Origin: Octopus sinensis
Lineage: Eukaryota
Direction of reading: 5' to 3'
DNA length: 52,216 nt
NCBI RefSeq assembly: GCF_006345805.1
Contig: NW_021833969.1
Coordinates: 1-52,216 of the forward strand
Shown piece after piece: positions 50,880 to 52,216 of this stretch (its first letter is position 1; each line of letters starts with the position of its first letter). The notes below the pieces were generated by a model. The model was not told the origin of the DNA. It saw only the letters and a program-made list of their open reading frames with translations, and made no database searches. Made by a program: the position numbers and the translations under genes.

Positions 50880-51775
50880 TAGTAAGTTTTTGTTGGGTGA
50901 GTTGTATCCAATTATGGGTGGCTTATCTGGTATTCCTTGAAGGAATCTATCCAGACTCCATTTAAAGTTGATGGGATCCTTTTCCTCTTTGATCTCTTTC
51001 GGGACAATGTTAAATAGAGCAGTGCCTGTTGAGGAAAAGAAATTATGTTGCAGTGTACATGTATGCTGTGATCCTTTTCCTCTTTGATCTCTTTCGGGAC
51101 AATGTTAAATAGAGCAGTGCCTGTTGAGGAAAAGAAATTATGTTGCAGTGTACATGTATGCTGTGATCTTGAATTGGGCAGGGGACGTATGGCCCGTGGT
51201 CCCAGTCCTGGATGAACCTTGAAGCTAATGTTCAGGTCGTTTGGGCAAAGTTGGCGATATATTCTCCACATCGTGCAAATGATGTACCGCTCACGGCGAC
51301 GCTGGAGAGAGTAGAGTTTCAAGGCTTTAAGGCGATCCCAATAATCGAGAGCAGCCATGCATTCAATTCGTTTAGTGAGTGCCCTCTGGGGTGATTCAAT
51401 CCTCGAGATGTTTTGTCTTGTATGGGGAGACCACAGTGGGCAGTAGTATTCGAGGTGTGGCCGTACAAAGGAGGAGAAAAGTGGTATGATGACACCTTGT
51501 TCTCGACCGGAAAGTTCTTAAGATCCAGGAACTCATCCTACGAGCTATATCGACCTTCTTGTTGATGTGTGCACTCCAACTGAGATCGTCATCAACAATT
51601 ACACCCAGGTCTCTGATATTGTTAGAGGCTGTGAGCGGTTCCCTGAAGGAAGAGAGTATGGCTGTTTTGGTGAGGAATTTCTTCCAAAATGCATCAGCTC
51701 AAATTTTCCCTCGTTCAGTTGCATTTTGTTTCTGTCTGCCCATTGACTCACAGCATATAGATCAGACTGGAGGTG
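50880..51775 (-). mobile_element. CR1/L2-group LINE 3' fragment
   Basis: LQSDL..V.QWAD.NKMQLNEGKF, DLGV, RPHLEYYCPLW, LDYWDRLKALKLYSLQRRRER. Confidence 0.85.
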
Positions 51776-52216
51776 TATATACACACCATAGATACATTTA
51801 TACATATATGTTTATATATCTGCACGTATGTATGTATGTATACTTACATATATAGATATATATATTATATATATATATATAATATATATATATATATATT
51901 ATATATATACATACTTTTATATATATACATATATATATACTTATACATTCATACATACATATATATATATGAATGTATAAGTATATCTATTGCTTTGGCT
52001 AATAATCACTTTAAGGCGGTATTCCAGTATGGCCGTAGTCAAGTGACTGAAACAAGTAAAAGAAAAAGACTCTCTCTCTCTTTCTTTCTTCTCTCTCTAC
52101 CTATATATATATATATATCAGAAATTAAAGAAGGAAAATACACACACTTTACGTAGATTTCATACGATTTTTAATTTATCTTGTATTGTGTTTGTCGACC
52201 GGTTTTCTCTTTCGCT

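Overview
Eukaryotic, repeat-dense animal DNA. The SINE and microsatellite content suggests a cephalopod (octopus-like) genome, which is inference only. The main finding is at 778-10800, where one tRNA-type SINE has been split by four Tx1/L1-clade non-LTR insertions, each with a readable target-site duplication (TSD). Two are ORF1-only, RT-less non-autonomous elements (A 798-3616, B 3627-5300) stacked at the SINE A-box site with TSD tcagaaacgt. One is a full-length ORF1+ORF2 Tx1-like element (C 5353-10703, 17-bp TSD) about 35 nt further along the same SINE. One is a 5'-truncated Tx1-like element (D 817-1900, 16-bp TSD) inside the 5' end of A. A, B and C share an ACAGGTAAGTGATG motif at the ORF1 end and a terminal stem-loop followed by AATAAA. 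In A and B, ORF2 is replaced by a 15-bp hairpin and a 23-codon micro-ORF. The window also holds a five-coding-exon minus-strand gene for a secreted PAN/apple-domain protein (34702 to 21569) and three R4/Dong-type elements in or beside (AAT)n arrays. Other features are an RTE element with a 5' inversion and fold-back junction, CRE, CR1, Penelope, Tc1, piggyBac and Gypsy remnants, several SINE families, long inverted repeats, a 38-bp minisatellite and a ~1 kb block duplicated 37.8 kb apart. All alignments and identities were judged by eye.
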